Virus record (IMG/VR): IMGVR_UViG_2657245448_000017
From: a virus
Taxonomy: Duplodnaviria > Heunggongvirae > Uroviricota > Caudoviricetes
DNA: 15,950 bases
Direction: 5' to 3' (one strand)
Shown: in pieces, positions 1-7,761 of the stretch
Numbering within the stretch: position 1 is the first letter of the stretch
How the letters are laid out: the number at the start of each line of letters is the position of its first letter
The notes under the pieces: model-generated
Database searches by the model: none
Seen by the model: only the letters and a program-made list of their open reading frames with translations
What the model was told of the DNA's origin: nothing
Position numbers and translations under genes: made by a program

Positions 1-582
1 TCCCAGTTTAACCAATAACTCATCTCGATTTGGAATCATAAGCGCTTTTCCAGTCAAGCAACGTTTTCTGGTTCCTTGTTCAAGGGATAAAAAAACAGGG
101 TTGTTATTAAGTCTCTCAGTTATTATATCTTTTTGTTCATGATAAAAATCCAATGCTTTCGTATTATCACTAGATGTAAATAACTCAATTCTCTTTACAC
201 AATCATTCATGTGCATGACATTCAACTTTGCTGACCACTCCTCAGTTGAATCTGGATTCTCAGATAAATACATAAACAATAACTCAGCTTCCAGAATCGC
301 TCTTACATGAGGTGCAATCGCCGAAAAATCCCAAAAGTCATAATCCCGCTTAGCCCATCTTGATTTTGGTACGTTGGAAATCATTATTGAAGCATGAATG
401 CAGATTCGTGAAAAAATGTATGTAGACCACCCTTTAAAAGCCTCAGCCATTCGCACACCAACCCCCTGACTTACAGCATTCGCTTCACATACAGCTTTAT
501 CAAACTCCCTTAAGTAGTGATGGAAGTCATCCATCGAAAAATCGTTTCGTTCAAGTGGATTTTCGGGATTATCTATTTTCAT
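1..582 (-). CDS. Hypothetical AT-rich cargo (moron) protein; start codon present, C-terminus truncated by the window edge
   Basis: Open frame on the minus strand from ATG at 582..580 (hand-translated MKIDNPENPLERNDFSMDDFHHYLREF...) to position 1 with no stop, 194 codons. AGGTGA Shine-Dalgarno 3-4 nt upstream. About 40% GC against about 50% for neighbours. Absent from the ORF track, presumably because it runs off the edge. Confidence 0.5.
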   Translation of the reverse strand, partial: MKIDNPENPLERNDFSMDDFHHYLREFDKAVCEANAVSQGVGVRMAEAFKGWSTYIFSRICIHASIMISNVPKSRWAKRDYDFWDFSAIAPHVRAILEAELLFMYLSENPDSTEEWSAKLNVMHMNDCVKRIELFTSSDNTKALDFYHEQKDIITERLNNNPVFLSLEQGTRKRCLTGKALMIPNRDELLVKLG

Positions 583-630
583 ACTTCACCTATTTAAAAC
601 AATTGGTTTAAATCGGTGAATTATAACGCA

Positions 631-653
631 AAAACCCGCTCATTGGCGGGTTT
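631..653 (-). terminator. Candidate intrinsic terminator downstream of the Q-like gene (tR'-like position)
   Basis: 8-bp GC-rich stem AAACCCGC (632-639) / GCGGGTTT (646-653) with a 6-nt loop; on the minus strand the stem is followed by TTTTTGCGTT. Confidence 0.5.
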
Positions 654-745
654 ATAAAACTTTGGCAACATATCAAATACGCTTCAAATATGGCTTATTT
701 TGTTGCATTTTGCAAGCGCGTTTGAAGGAGATAGTGAAATTTACT
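654..745 (-). promoter_or_regulatory. Probable late promoter / qut-like region between the Q-like gene and the terminator
   Basis: Position only, by analogy to lambda PR'-qut-tR'. No confident -35/-10 pair identified. Confidence 0.3.
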
Positions 746-1456
746 TCACATTTCTGCCACTTTGAGGGCTTCTTCTTCCTCATAGTATTCAAGAGCCATT
801 GCCAACGCAGATTCATCAAGCTGGGTAAAAGCGGCCTTTAACCCAGCCCAGTGCCCTGAATAGACACGCAACCATGTCGAACGATCAACGCTAACCATGC
901 GGGCCAACGCTGCACCAGCATAGTCTTTATAGGTTTCATTATTTCTGGTTGCGGCAATTTCCTGCCCTGCCAGCCATACCAGGCCAATCAGTTTCTTTAC
1001 TACGCGCTCCTGAAGGGAATTATCACCCAGGCATTTCTGATAAGTTTTCCAGACGTATTCACACATCATCACTTGGTGCTTATAGCTAAGGTCAAAACCG
1101 TAGCAGTACCGCAACCAGGCCTGCTGGTATCCACTAAGCGCGGACACTGCCCTACGCCACGGCGCGGACTCAAATTCCGCATCTTTTATCGGCGGCATTG
1201 GCCTGCAGCGGCTGCGTGTTTCCAGTACATACAATGGCGCGGAAAGCGAGTTAACAAAGCGAGGCCCCTTCTCTCCTTCGAGTTCGACGAGATGAATTCC
1301 ACGGCGCGGGGTGGCATTTTTGTCTGCTGGTGGGTGTTCACTGAAAGCCTCAAGCTGCCCTTTTGTTCCCCCAGAGAGGTCAGGTAGCGCGCGGCGCAAT
1401 TCTATTCTTACAAAATTCAGGTCTTGTTGATTCATGCTTCTTTGCGCTCCATACAC
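746..1456 (-). CDS. Putative late-gene antiterminator, Q-like
   Basis: 236-aa ORF at the distal end of the early-right operon, immediately before a terminator and late-region cargo. Motif WLRYCYG recalled from enterobacterial Q-family proteins. Start is GTG at 1456 or ATG at 1435. Family assignment is from memory. Confidence 0.5.
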   Translation of the reverse strand: MYGAQRSMNQQDLNFVRIELRRALPDLSGGTKGQLEAFSEHPPADKNATPRRGIHLVELEGEKGPRFVNSLSAPLYVLETRSRCRPMPPIKDAEFESAPWRRAVSALSGYQQAWLRYCYGFDLSYKHQVMMCEYVWKTYQKCLGDNSLQERVVKKLIGLVWLAGQEIAATRNNETYKDYAGAALARMVSVDRSTWLRVYSGHWAGLKAAFTQLDESALAMALEYYEEEEALKVAEM

Positions 1457-2452
1457 TTAAGCTTTCGCAATTACGCCGATCGCCAGCGCCCGATCCATAA
1501 AACGCAGTAGCAGCTCAAGCTGCGTACCATGCTTCTGCTCGAATGCCGATACATCGGCGTGTAACTCGTCGTGGCACTCTCTGCACAGAGGGATCACGAA
1601 GAGGTCATGGGCTTTTGTTGCTGTACCACCCATACCGTGCCCTACGATATGGTGCGGATCATCTGCTGGCCGTCGGCAACACTCACAGGGTTGTGTTTTT
1701 ACCCAGCGGGTGTAAGTCTCATTTATCCAGCGGCGTCGCTTTGGCCTGAGCATGAAAGATTCCGGAGACTCCGGATCAACAGAGAGCGTGAGGATCTTCT
1801 TCGCCTTCTCCTGCACGAGGCTGGTTGCAGTAGCGGAAGGCACAATGTCGCTTTCCCTCATGACCGAGCGGATCTTCTCATCCGGAAGGCGTAGCCCCTT
1901 GTGCGCAACGCTTTCCGGAATAACATCAGCCAGGTCGTTTCTGACCATCCACCAGCACAGTTCCGGAAGCGTCAGGATATGCGACTCGGGAAAACCAGAA
2001 TCACGCCGAATGACTTCCAGAATCCAGGATACCAGGTTTCCTGCCGCTATACCTGCAAGCCGTTCGGTATGCTGCCCCGACAAAGTGTGATCGCAATGCC
2101 AGCACAGGCGAATACTTCCTGGTGGGTGCCGCATTGTTGTGAAGTTCTTGTCGTGCCACGATGAATGTGGCCACTGGCATTCAAACCGAGAACTCAGCCA
2201 CTGCTCAAGGGAAGGAAGTCCACCGGCACGCTGAATAACCCGCTCATTCCCGAAGACCTGCCGCATTACCGGATCATCAGCCAGCGGCTGAATGGCTGCC
2301 GGAACAGCCCCGGTACTGAATGACGCCATTTCTTCTGGTTCAGGCTCGAGCAGAACGCGACCACGCATGAAGAGGTGCATCAGTTTAGCACCGGGACGGA
2401 ACAGCACAATCCCCATACGATGGGCGATCTCGGGGGTAAGCAGAGCTCTCAC
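1457..2452 (-). CDS. DUF968-family protein (YdfU-like) with Cys/His-rich HNH-like C-terminus
   Basis: C-terminal PCECCRRPADDPHHIVGHGMGG...CRECHDELH motif. Proposed GTG start at 2452 forms a GTGA overlap with the upstream stop and follows GGGGG; the alternative start is at 2485. Confidence 0.7.
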   Translation of the reverse strand: MRALLTPEIAHRMGIVLFRPGAKLMHLFMRGRVLLEPEPEEMASFSTGAVPAAIQPLADDPVMRQVFGNERVIQRAGGLPSLEQWLSSRFECQWPHSSWHDKNFTTMRHPPGSIRLCWHCDHTLSGQHTERLAGIAAGNLVSWILEVIRRDSGFPESHILTLPELCWWMVRNDLADVIPESVAHKGLRLPDEKIRSVMRESDIVPSATATSLVQEKAKKILTLSVDPESPESFMLRPKRRRWINETYTRWVKTQPCECCRRPADDPHHIVGHGMGGTATKAHDLFVIPLCRECHDELHADVSAFEQKHGTQLELLLRFMDRALAIGVIAKA

Positions 2453-3132
2453 GCGACCTGCCCCCTGGCAATGTGTTCTGCCCACAGTCCACCAATCCAG
2501 CGCACGCCTTTCGCAGTGAAACGTGCCTGGCTGAATGCATGATTTGAGGTTACGGATGTGCCGGTTTTCACTTCAAAACGGCCCGCATCAATATGCTGAT
2601 ACCGTGGGGTCATCGTTCCACCAAGGCGATACATGATGTCGTTCTCAAGGAGGAATAACCGCAGATCTGGCTCTTTTGCCTTAAGCAGTTTTGCCACCTG
2701 GCGGAATGACATTGACCCACTGGCTGTACAGTACCGATCAACAAACGCTACCTTCGGCGCCGCGGCAGCCAGTTCGTTAGTCAACTGCTGTTTTTGTTCT
2801 GCAAGGTCAGCGGCAAGACGTAGGGCTTCAGAGAATGATTGAGGAATCGTCTGCTGCTGTGCCTGCTCAAGCTCCTGCCAGCGATCAACCAGACGCGCGG
2901 TAAACTCCGGCGACAGCTGCGCGACAACGATATAACTGTCCCGCTTCCCTATCAGATAAACCGATACCGACTGATTGAGGTGATTTTTAACTTCCCCCAT
3001 TGGGGGGAGTTCAATAACACCGCGCTCTGCCAGGCGTTCAATGGACCGTTTAACATGGTCATGTCGTGATTCCACCAGCTCAGCAATATCGCTGCTGGAC
3101 ATGGTTAATGCTGTTGTTGCTAATTGGCTCAT
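2449..3132 (-). CDS. Rha-family regulator / antirepressor with KilA-C (ANT-like) C-terminal domain
   Basis: N-terminal MSQLATTALTMSSSDIAELVESRHDHVKRSIERL resembles the Rha domain; C-terminal half resembles KilAC antirepressor domains. Start chosen at ATG 3132 with GGAG six nt upstream; the track start at 3171 lacks an SD. Confidence 0.7.
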   Translation of the reverse strand: MSQLATTALTMSSSDIAELVESRHDHVKRSIERLAERGVIELPPMGEVKNHLNQSVSVYLIGKRDSYIVVAQLSPEFTARLVDRWQELEQAQQQTIPQSFSEALRLAADLAEQKQQLTNELAAAAPKVAFVDRYCTASGSMSFRQVAKLLKAKEPDLRLFLLENDIMYRLGGTMTPRYQHIDAGRFEVKTGTSVTSNHAFSQARFTAKGVRWIGGLWAEHIARGQVA

Positions 3133-3145
3133 ACTTTTCTCCATA

Positions 3146-3532
3146 TCAGGCGGCCGCACCCGCCGGTTCATATCTGCTGATCGTTATCTCTACCCGACCT
3201 TTCGGCACTACGGGTCCCCATTCCACCAGCATGCGCTTAATCTGGCTGTCATCTTCCCAGACACCCGCATGCGTCAGCGCGTCAAACAGGGCTTTGTTGT
3301 AATTATCGATATCCCGGCGGCGCGCATCCGGCGGGTACAGAGTGATTTCTACCGCAGCCAGTTCAGTCGATGGCTTCGGGAGACGTCGTAATTGCTCAAT
3401 GATCGCCACGCAGGCAGCGCTCTGGTATTTACGGCCTTCAGCGCTAATGAGGTGACGACCAGCCAGCGCCCCCTTGTTAGGAGCGCGCCAGTAAGTGTTC
3501 ACGCTGGGTGGAAATGGGAGTATGAGCCTCAT
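3146..3532 (-). CDS. rusA: Holliday junction resolvase RusA
   Basis: 128 aa with the N-terminal PPSVNTYW motif and RRRDIDNYNKALFDALT acidic catalytic region typical of RusA. GGAGG SD six nt upstream of the ATG. Confidence 0.9.
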   Translation of the reverse strand: MRLILPFPPSVNTYWRAPNKGALAGRHLISAEGRKYQSAACVAIIEQLRRLPKPSTELAAVEITLYPPDARRRDIDNYNKALFDALTHAGVWEDDSQIKRMLVEWGPVVPKGRVEITISRYEPAGAAA

Positions 3533-3646
3533 TAAAAGCCTCCGTCATAATTCCTGAAACATACCTCAACTTTCCCGCTATAGTGACGAACACGTTGAAC
3601 AACATCCGAAATAGGCGCTATACCGGCAGGGCGATAAAAGACTGTT

Positions 3647-4969
3647 TCACGCATGAGTTACCCCCTGCATGCTGTCGACAAGACCACGCGCAATTGTGAT
3701 TATTTCGCTGGTGGACATTCGTTCCAGCCAGAGTTGATTGATGTTGGCTTTCAGCTTGTTCTGCTGTGATTCATCCAGCATGTCAGCACCATCCACCTGG
3801 TCGAATACAATTCCAACCTCCAGTGGCCATATACGGGACTCGGGAAGCTGATCGGCTACTGGTTTAGCTTTCTCACGGATGTGCATGCGGATCTGGCGAA
3901 TATTGGACCAACTGGAAACATCCAGGCTTCCCATAGCTGCAATGAAATCAGTACTGTTCATGCCATATTCACCAGATGCTTCAAGGGCAACAGTACGAAT
4001 ACGTTCCGACATATCCAGGCGCGCAGCAGCGTCATCGAATTCAATCGACAACAGCCACTCATCCACACCGAGCAAAATACTCTCACGAATAAGCAGCTTC
4101 GCTTTGTCGATCGTTAATGGTGATACCTGAGTGAATTCCGGTGCTTCGACAGAATCCGCCGCCCAGGTATGCCCAAACTTCGATTCACTGAATGTGTATT
4201 CTTCTTTATCGCCGAACGCAGCTCTAACGCATGCCCACGCCTCAACACCGCTGATATCAAAAATATCTTTCTGGGTAAGTGGCAACTCTGCTTCTGGCTT
4301 GTCAGCTACAGGTGGTGTGGCGGTTGCTGGCTGAGGTTTGCTGGTGGCAAACTGTGCCAAAGCCATAAACGCGCGCCCTTTTGTTTCCAGTTCTGTGCGG
4401 TTGATATAGCTGAATCGCTCGCCACGCCATGACTTATCGAATACAGCTATGGCTCCGGAAAAAAACGCGCTGGTGGGCTTCTGTTTTTCGTCAGCAGGTA
4501 CAAACCACACTGGCAGATCGAAACCAATGCGCCCGCGAATGAATACAATGTGATCGGCATCTTCCGGCCACCACGTTTCACTCGGCGCGGCTTTTATCAG
4601 GAATACATAGCGACCGCCCTTCTCGCGCTGGGTTGCTGCGTACTTCATGATGTGCGTCATACCAGTGATCGCCTGTTTCTCGTGGTACTGCGAGCGGCTA
4701 TATGGAGGGTTGGCAAAAGCCGCGCCACCCAGTTCTGCCAGACGTTCAGACCAGTCCTGCGTCAGTGCGTTATCTTCGGCGGTGTACCATGCCGGGCATT
4801 TCGCGTTGTCGTCGTCAGCAAACAAGTCCAGAACTAATGGACCAAATAGCGCGTTGATACCCCAGAAAAGCAGATCCGGTGTCCGCCACTGATCGCCAAC
4901 TTCTTTCAATTCGTGAGCTGGTTTTGAACGCAGTTCGGCCAGCGCGCGGCAGTATTTGTTTTCAATCAT
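3647..4969 (-). CDS. Phage Dam-like N6-adenine DNA methyltransferase fused to a C-terminal domain of unknown function (about 240 aa)
   Basis: N-terminal WRTPDLLF...LDLFADDDN...NPPY motifs match the phage Dam family. Total length 440 aa is roughly twice the usual size, and the C-terminal half has no motif I recognise. Confidence 0.8.
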   Translation of the reverse strand: MIENKYCRALAELRSKPAHELKEVGDQWRTPDLLFWGINALFGPLVLDLFADDDNAKCPAWYTAEDNALTQDWSERLAELGGAAFANPPYSRSQYHEKQAITGMTHIMKYAATQREKGGRYVFLIKAAPSETWWPEDADHIVFIRGRIGFDLPVWFVPADEKQKPTSAFFSGAIAVFDKSWRGERFSYINRTELETKGRAFMALAQFATSKPQPATATPPVADKPEAELPLTQKDIFDISGVEAWACVRAAFGDKEEYTFSESKFGHTWAADSVEAPEFTQVSPLTIDKAKLLIRESILLGVDEWLLSIEFDDAAARLDMSERIRTVALEASGEYGMNSTDFIAAMGSLDVSSWSNIRQIRMHIREKAKPVADQLPESRIWPLEVGIVFDQVDGADMLDESQQNKLKANINQLWLERMSTSEIITIARGLVDSMQGVTHA

Positions 4970-5898
4970 CCTCTGAATCCCTCTGGAATTTTGGTATCTA
5001 CCGGGCCGAACTTCATCGGGTCATGTTTCTTCTCGCCCCAGCTTTCACGAGGGGGACGGCCTTTCTTATCCCAGCGGAGCCCGCTTTGCAGATAACCCTC
5101 AAATTTTTTCGGCCCAAACAGAGTTTCAGGCCGCATGTACTGATACTGCGCGTCATTGCCGTTCCAGTGTTCATGCTTGAGGTCAATCACCAGCGTTAAG
5201 TCGCTGACGGTATAACCTTCACGCAGACGGGCACGTATGTTTTCCAGAGAGGTTTTAGATTTCTGGTACCGGGAGCCGCTTACCTGGTTCAAATGAGTTA
5301 AAACCAGGATGGCGTTATCAGTGATCAACACCTCAGGGTCTGGTTGCGGCGCAACCGGACAAGAGGGGTTAATGATCTGTTTGTGGTGATCTGAGTAATG
5401 ATCTGTATAGAGAATAGGTTCCGCGACTTCGCGGTTAGGGTTCCGCGATTCTGCGTTTTCGGTTCCGTGATTCTGCGGAATAGGTTCCGCGACTTCGCGT
5501 TTCCCGTTCCGCGATTCTGCGGAATCCAGCGTTGCCGGGAATAAAACATTGATTAGCGCTTCGCCATTGATACGGTAATGCGTCTTTTTCGTGCCGTTTA
5601 CCTGTCGCTGCGCCTTTTCAACAACCCCTGGTAGCCAGCGGGTACAAATCTTGTTTACCAGGCGCTGCACCTGATCTTCACTCACGCCGCGAATCTCTGC
5701 CGCAAGCTCGCTGTGCTCTTTATAAAACCAGCCATCATTCAGATCTGATTTACCAGACCAGAACACGAGCTGGTTTAGCACAGCGCCCAAAGCATGCGCC
5801 TGCTGATCGCCGGAGAAATAATCGAGGTACGGGACCGGAATGGTGATGCTATTCCTTTGCCCCGACAGCGATTGAACGATTTCAAATATCTGGCTCAT
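4966..5898 (-). CDS. Replication initiation protein, lambda O-like, with conserved phage C-terminal domain
   Basis: 310 aa. C-terminal region (DNAILVLTHLNQVSGSRYQ...YTVSDLTLVIDLKHEHWNG...) resembles the conserved C-terminus of phage replication initiators. Five iterons lie in the middle of the gene, as ori-lambda does within O. Confidence 0.7.
   Translation of the reverse strand: MSQIFEIVQSLSGQRNSITIPVPYLDYFSGDQQAHALGAVLNQLVFWSGKSDLNDGWFYKEHSELAAEIRGVSEDQVQRLVNKICTRWLPGVVEKAQRQVNGTKKTHYRINGEALINVLFPATLDSAESRNGKREVAEPIPQNHGTENAESRNPNREVAEPILYTDHYSDHHKQIINPSCPVAPQPDPEVLITDNAILVLTHLNQVSGSRYQKSKTSLENIRARLREGYTVSDLTLVIDLKHEHWNGNDAQYQYMRPETLFGPKKFEGYLQSGLRWDKKGRPPRESWGEKKHDPMKFGPVDTKIPEGFRG
5417..5522. 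repeat. Five direct iterons with exact 22-bp periodicity (candidate origin of replication)
   Basis: Copies of GGTTCCGCGA(C/T)T(T/C)(C/T)GCG begin at 5417, 5439, 5461, 5483 and 5505. Each contains an inverted CCGCGA..TCGCGG element, and both flanks are AT-richer. They encode a repeated AESRN..REVAEPI peptide in the O-like protein. Confidence 0.65.
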
Positions 5899-6067
5899 GA
5901 TCGTCCGTTATCTCCCTGAACTTTCGCCTGAAATGCTCAAGTGGGCTGAAGCATTCGTGCGGGTAGCCATCACGCAGATAGATAACGCGCTGTGTTTCAG
6001 GTTCCCAGCGGATAACACGGACTGGCACTCCACGGTAGTCTTTGAACCTTCGGTTAAGTTCGCGCAC
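5882..6067 (-). CDS. Small hypothetical protein (61 aa)
   Basis: GTG start at 6067 with GGAGGG ten nt upstream; protein-like composition; overlaps the O-like start by 17 nt. Competes with a plus-strand ORF at 5897..6091. Confidence 0.3.
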   Translation of the reverse strand: MRELNRRFKDYRGVPVRVIRWEPETQRVIYLRDGYPHECFSPLEHFRRKFREITDDHEPDI

Positions 6068-6239
6068 AGGCGTTTTGCCCTCCGGTTGTAGACCCCCACA
6101 ATTGAAACCGCCCTACTGTGGTTACACGGAACCCAGCGGTTTGATAATCTGCGTTCATACCGAAACAACGGAGTACCCGAAACAGGGATCATCCTGAGTT
6201 GCGGTAGACGGTTAAAAGCCGTTAAACTATTCATGCGGA

Positions 6240-6788
6240 TTATTTCTCCATACTCGAAGAGTTGTTCGCCAAGGCGCCCGGAGCTGCACACTCGCGGGCG
6301 TCACTCTTTTCTGGAAGGCAGTAAACACGGGCAATCAAATTCAGAAAGGTCATCAGAGTTACCCTGAACTGATATGCAATGTCGTTAAGGCTCTGCCACT
6401 CACCCTTATCAACAACCCCATCGTCGATATACCAACGGTAAGCGTTGACCAGTTCTCCTAGACGCCCCACCAGCTCGGCCAGCTTTAAGCCAATTTCTTC
6501 GTTTTCGTCATCTGGCACCGCACCCGGAACGTGTATCCCGTTATCTGTTTGACGAGAAAACGCATCAGCTATGTAGCTGACACCGGCGGCTTTCTGTAAC
6601 ACCATCGCCCATCCCATAGGGAAGATCTGATCCCCGTCGACGCGAAGGCGGTTAAACAATGCGTTCTCTGTCACCCCCAACCATTCCGCCGCTTCGGCGT
6701 AGCCACCAGGCAGATCGGTAATCGTTTTTTTAATCGCTACCACCAGCCAGGCTGGCTGACGTTCGACTTTCCATTGCGGTTCGTTCAT
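6240..6788 (-). CDS. Putative CII-like lysogeny regulator (CP76-type) with N-terminal helix-turn-helix
   Basis: HTH-like segment GGYAEAAEWLGVTENALFNRLR and loose resemblance to phage 186 CII-type proteins. Start chosen at ATG 6788 with GGAG eight nt upstream; the track start at 6875 lacks an SD. Confidence 0.45.
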   Translation of the reverse strand: MNEPQWKVERQPAWLVVAIKKTITDLPGGYAEAAEWLGVTENALFNRLRVDGDQIFPMGWAMVLQKAAGVSYIADAFSRQTDNGIHVPGAVPDDENEEIGLKLAELVGRLGELVNAYRWYIDDGVVDKGEWQSLNDIAYQFRVTLMTFLNLIARVYCLPEKSDARECAAPGALANNSSSMEK

Positions 6789-6873
6789 TACTGCAACTCC
6801 ATTATTGGCGCCGAACTTCCTGACGGTGATAGCCTGCAAGCTCTCACACCAACAGAACCGAAGGAGGTTCGAC

Positions 6874-7110
6874 ATGTCTGTAAATTCACTGCCTTACGGC
6901 AAGTCTCCCGAAGAAGCCGCTCACGATCTGGCCATGAATCTTGTCTTGTCTGGTCACTTCAAAACATTCCAGAAGTCGCCAGAAGAGGTTTTTCAGTTGA
7001 TCACCAATGCAGAACTGGTCTTCAGTGAGCTTTACCGAAACAAACTGAAGGAAATAGAGTCCGCCAGATCAAAAGAAACCGAAGAGCAATATCAACGTAC
7101 GCAGTGCTAG
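6874..7110 (+). CDS. Hypothetical 78-aa protein encoded antisense to the early-right operon
   Basis: Near-consensus SD AAGGAGG (6861-6867) six nt before ATG 6874. Protein-like sequence MSVNSLPYGKSPEEAAHDLAMNLVLSGHF.... Its stop codon overlaps the stop of the convergent gene 7107..7352. Confidence 0.45.
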   Translation: MSVNSLPYGKSPEEAAHDLAMNLVLSGHFKTFQKSPEEVFQLITNAELVFSELYRNKLKEIESARSKETEEQYQRTQC

Positions 7111-7352
7111 CCATGAACAAACGAAAGATAGAACGTTGAATAACCACGGGCGGCGCTTTCAACTGCCGCCTGTATTTCCTCCGCGGATCTCCCTCTAAGG
7201 ATCATCTCGTTTATCAGCTCGCCAATAAGGGGAAGGACAATTGGCTGGAATGACATGTAAACCCGCATCTTTCCTTCGGAAATGGTTATTTGTCCTTCAT
7301 CGCTTTTAGCGGTCACGCTGTTTGTATCTTTTGTCTCGCTGCTGTTACCCAC
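7107..7352 (-). CDS. Hypothetical 81-aa protein downstream of cro
   Basis: GTG start at 7352 with GAGGAG six nt upstream; amphipathic helical-looking sequence; same strand and operon as cro. Confidence 0.4.
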   Translation of the reverse strand: MGNSSETKDTNSVTAKSDEGQITISEGKMRVYMSFQPIVLPLIGELINEMILRGRSAEEIQAAVESAARGYSTFYLSFVHG

Positions 7353-7381
7353 GGTTAACTCCTCTCTTTTGTGGTTGTTGA

Positions 7382-7624
7382 TTAAGCTGCTGAATCTGCA
7401 GACTTTTGGAAAACATCAGGACGCAGTCTTTCTTTTGGGATGCCAGTAACGCTCTCAATGTACTGAGATTGCTTTATTGGCGACCTTTTTTCTCTGTTGA
7501 GCCAGTTCCATACCTGTTGTTGTTTAACTTCCTTCCCGGAACTTGCAGTTAGTTTCCGGGCTAACTCAGACTGGCCACCAGCAGTTTCAATTGCCTCTGA
7601 AAGGGCTAACTGCTCAGGTGTCAT
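7382..7624 (-). CDS. cro: Cro-like HTH regulator (YdaS/Cro family)
   Basis: 80 aa from ATG 7624 with AGGAG seven nt upstream. Motif ETAGGQSELARKL...QQQVWNWL resembles Cro/YdaS-type HTH proteins. Divergent from the CI-like gene across an operator-rich spacer. Confidence 0.7.
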   Translation of the reverse strand: MTPEQLALSEAIETAGGQSELARKLTASSGKEVKQQQVWNWLNREKRSPIKQSQYIESVTGIPKERLRPDVFQKSADSAA

Positions 7625-7761
7625 AGTTTTTCTCCTGTGGTTTGAGGTAAAAGTTGTTGGCACCATTGATCATACAACCTAAACAACTTTTACCACAACT
7701 TTTAGGTGTTGGAAAGCTAAAACATAAAGTTGTAATCTCTCCTAATACAGGGGGTAAAGTT
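7625..7761. promoter_or_regulatory. OR-like divergent promoter/operator region between cro and cI
   Basis: Five perfect copies of AAAGTTGT or its reverse complement (7650-7657, 7683-7690, 7696-7703, 7726-7733, 7756-7763). Candidate PR -10 TATGAT on the minus strand at 7668-7673. Confidence 0.6.

Noticed and set aside
1-745. Lysis cassette (holin, endolysin, spanin) expected downstream of Q
   Set aside because: None is present in the visible sequence; the only gene after the terminator is the AT-rich cargo ORF, so lysis genes must lie beyond the left edge.
1073-4892. Plus-strand track ORFs (for example 1073..1387, 1571..1894, 1752..2090, 3041..3391, 3879..4130, 4550..4837) antisense to the early-right genes
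   Set aside because: Each lies entirely within a well-supported minus-strand gene, lacks an SD and has low-complexity composition; these are shadow ORFs.
5417-5522. Regularly spaced 22-bp repeats that could look like a small CRISPR array
   Set aside because: The repeats are contiguous with no unique spacers, are imperfect, lie inside a coding sequence in frame with a repeated peptide, and match the iteron arrangement of a phage origin.
5325-5549. 74-aa minus-strand ORF overlapping the iteron region
   Set aside because: It lies wholly inside the O-like gene in another frame and is generated by the repeat sequence itself.
5908-6291. 127-aa minus-strand ORF and 64-aa plus-strand ORF (5897..6091) between the O-like and CII-like genes
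   Set aside because: No SD and implausible composition; the region is better explained by the 61-aa ORF 5882..6067 plus untranslated spacer, though even that call is low-confidence.
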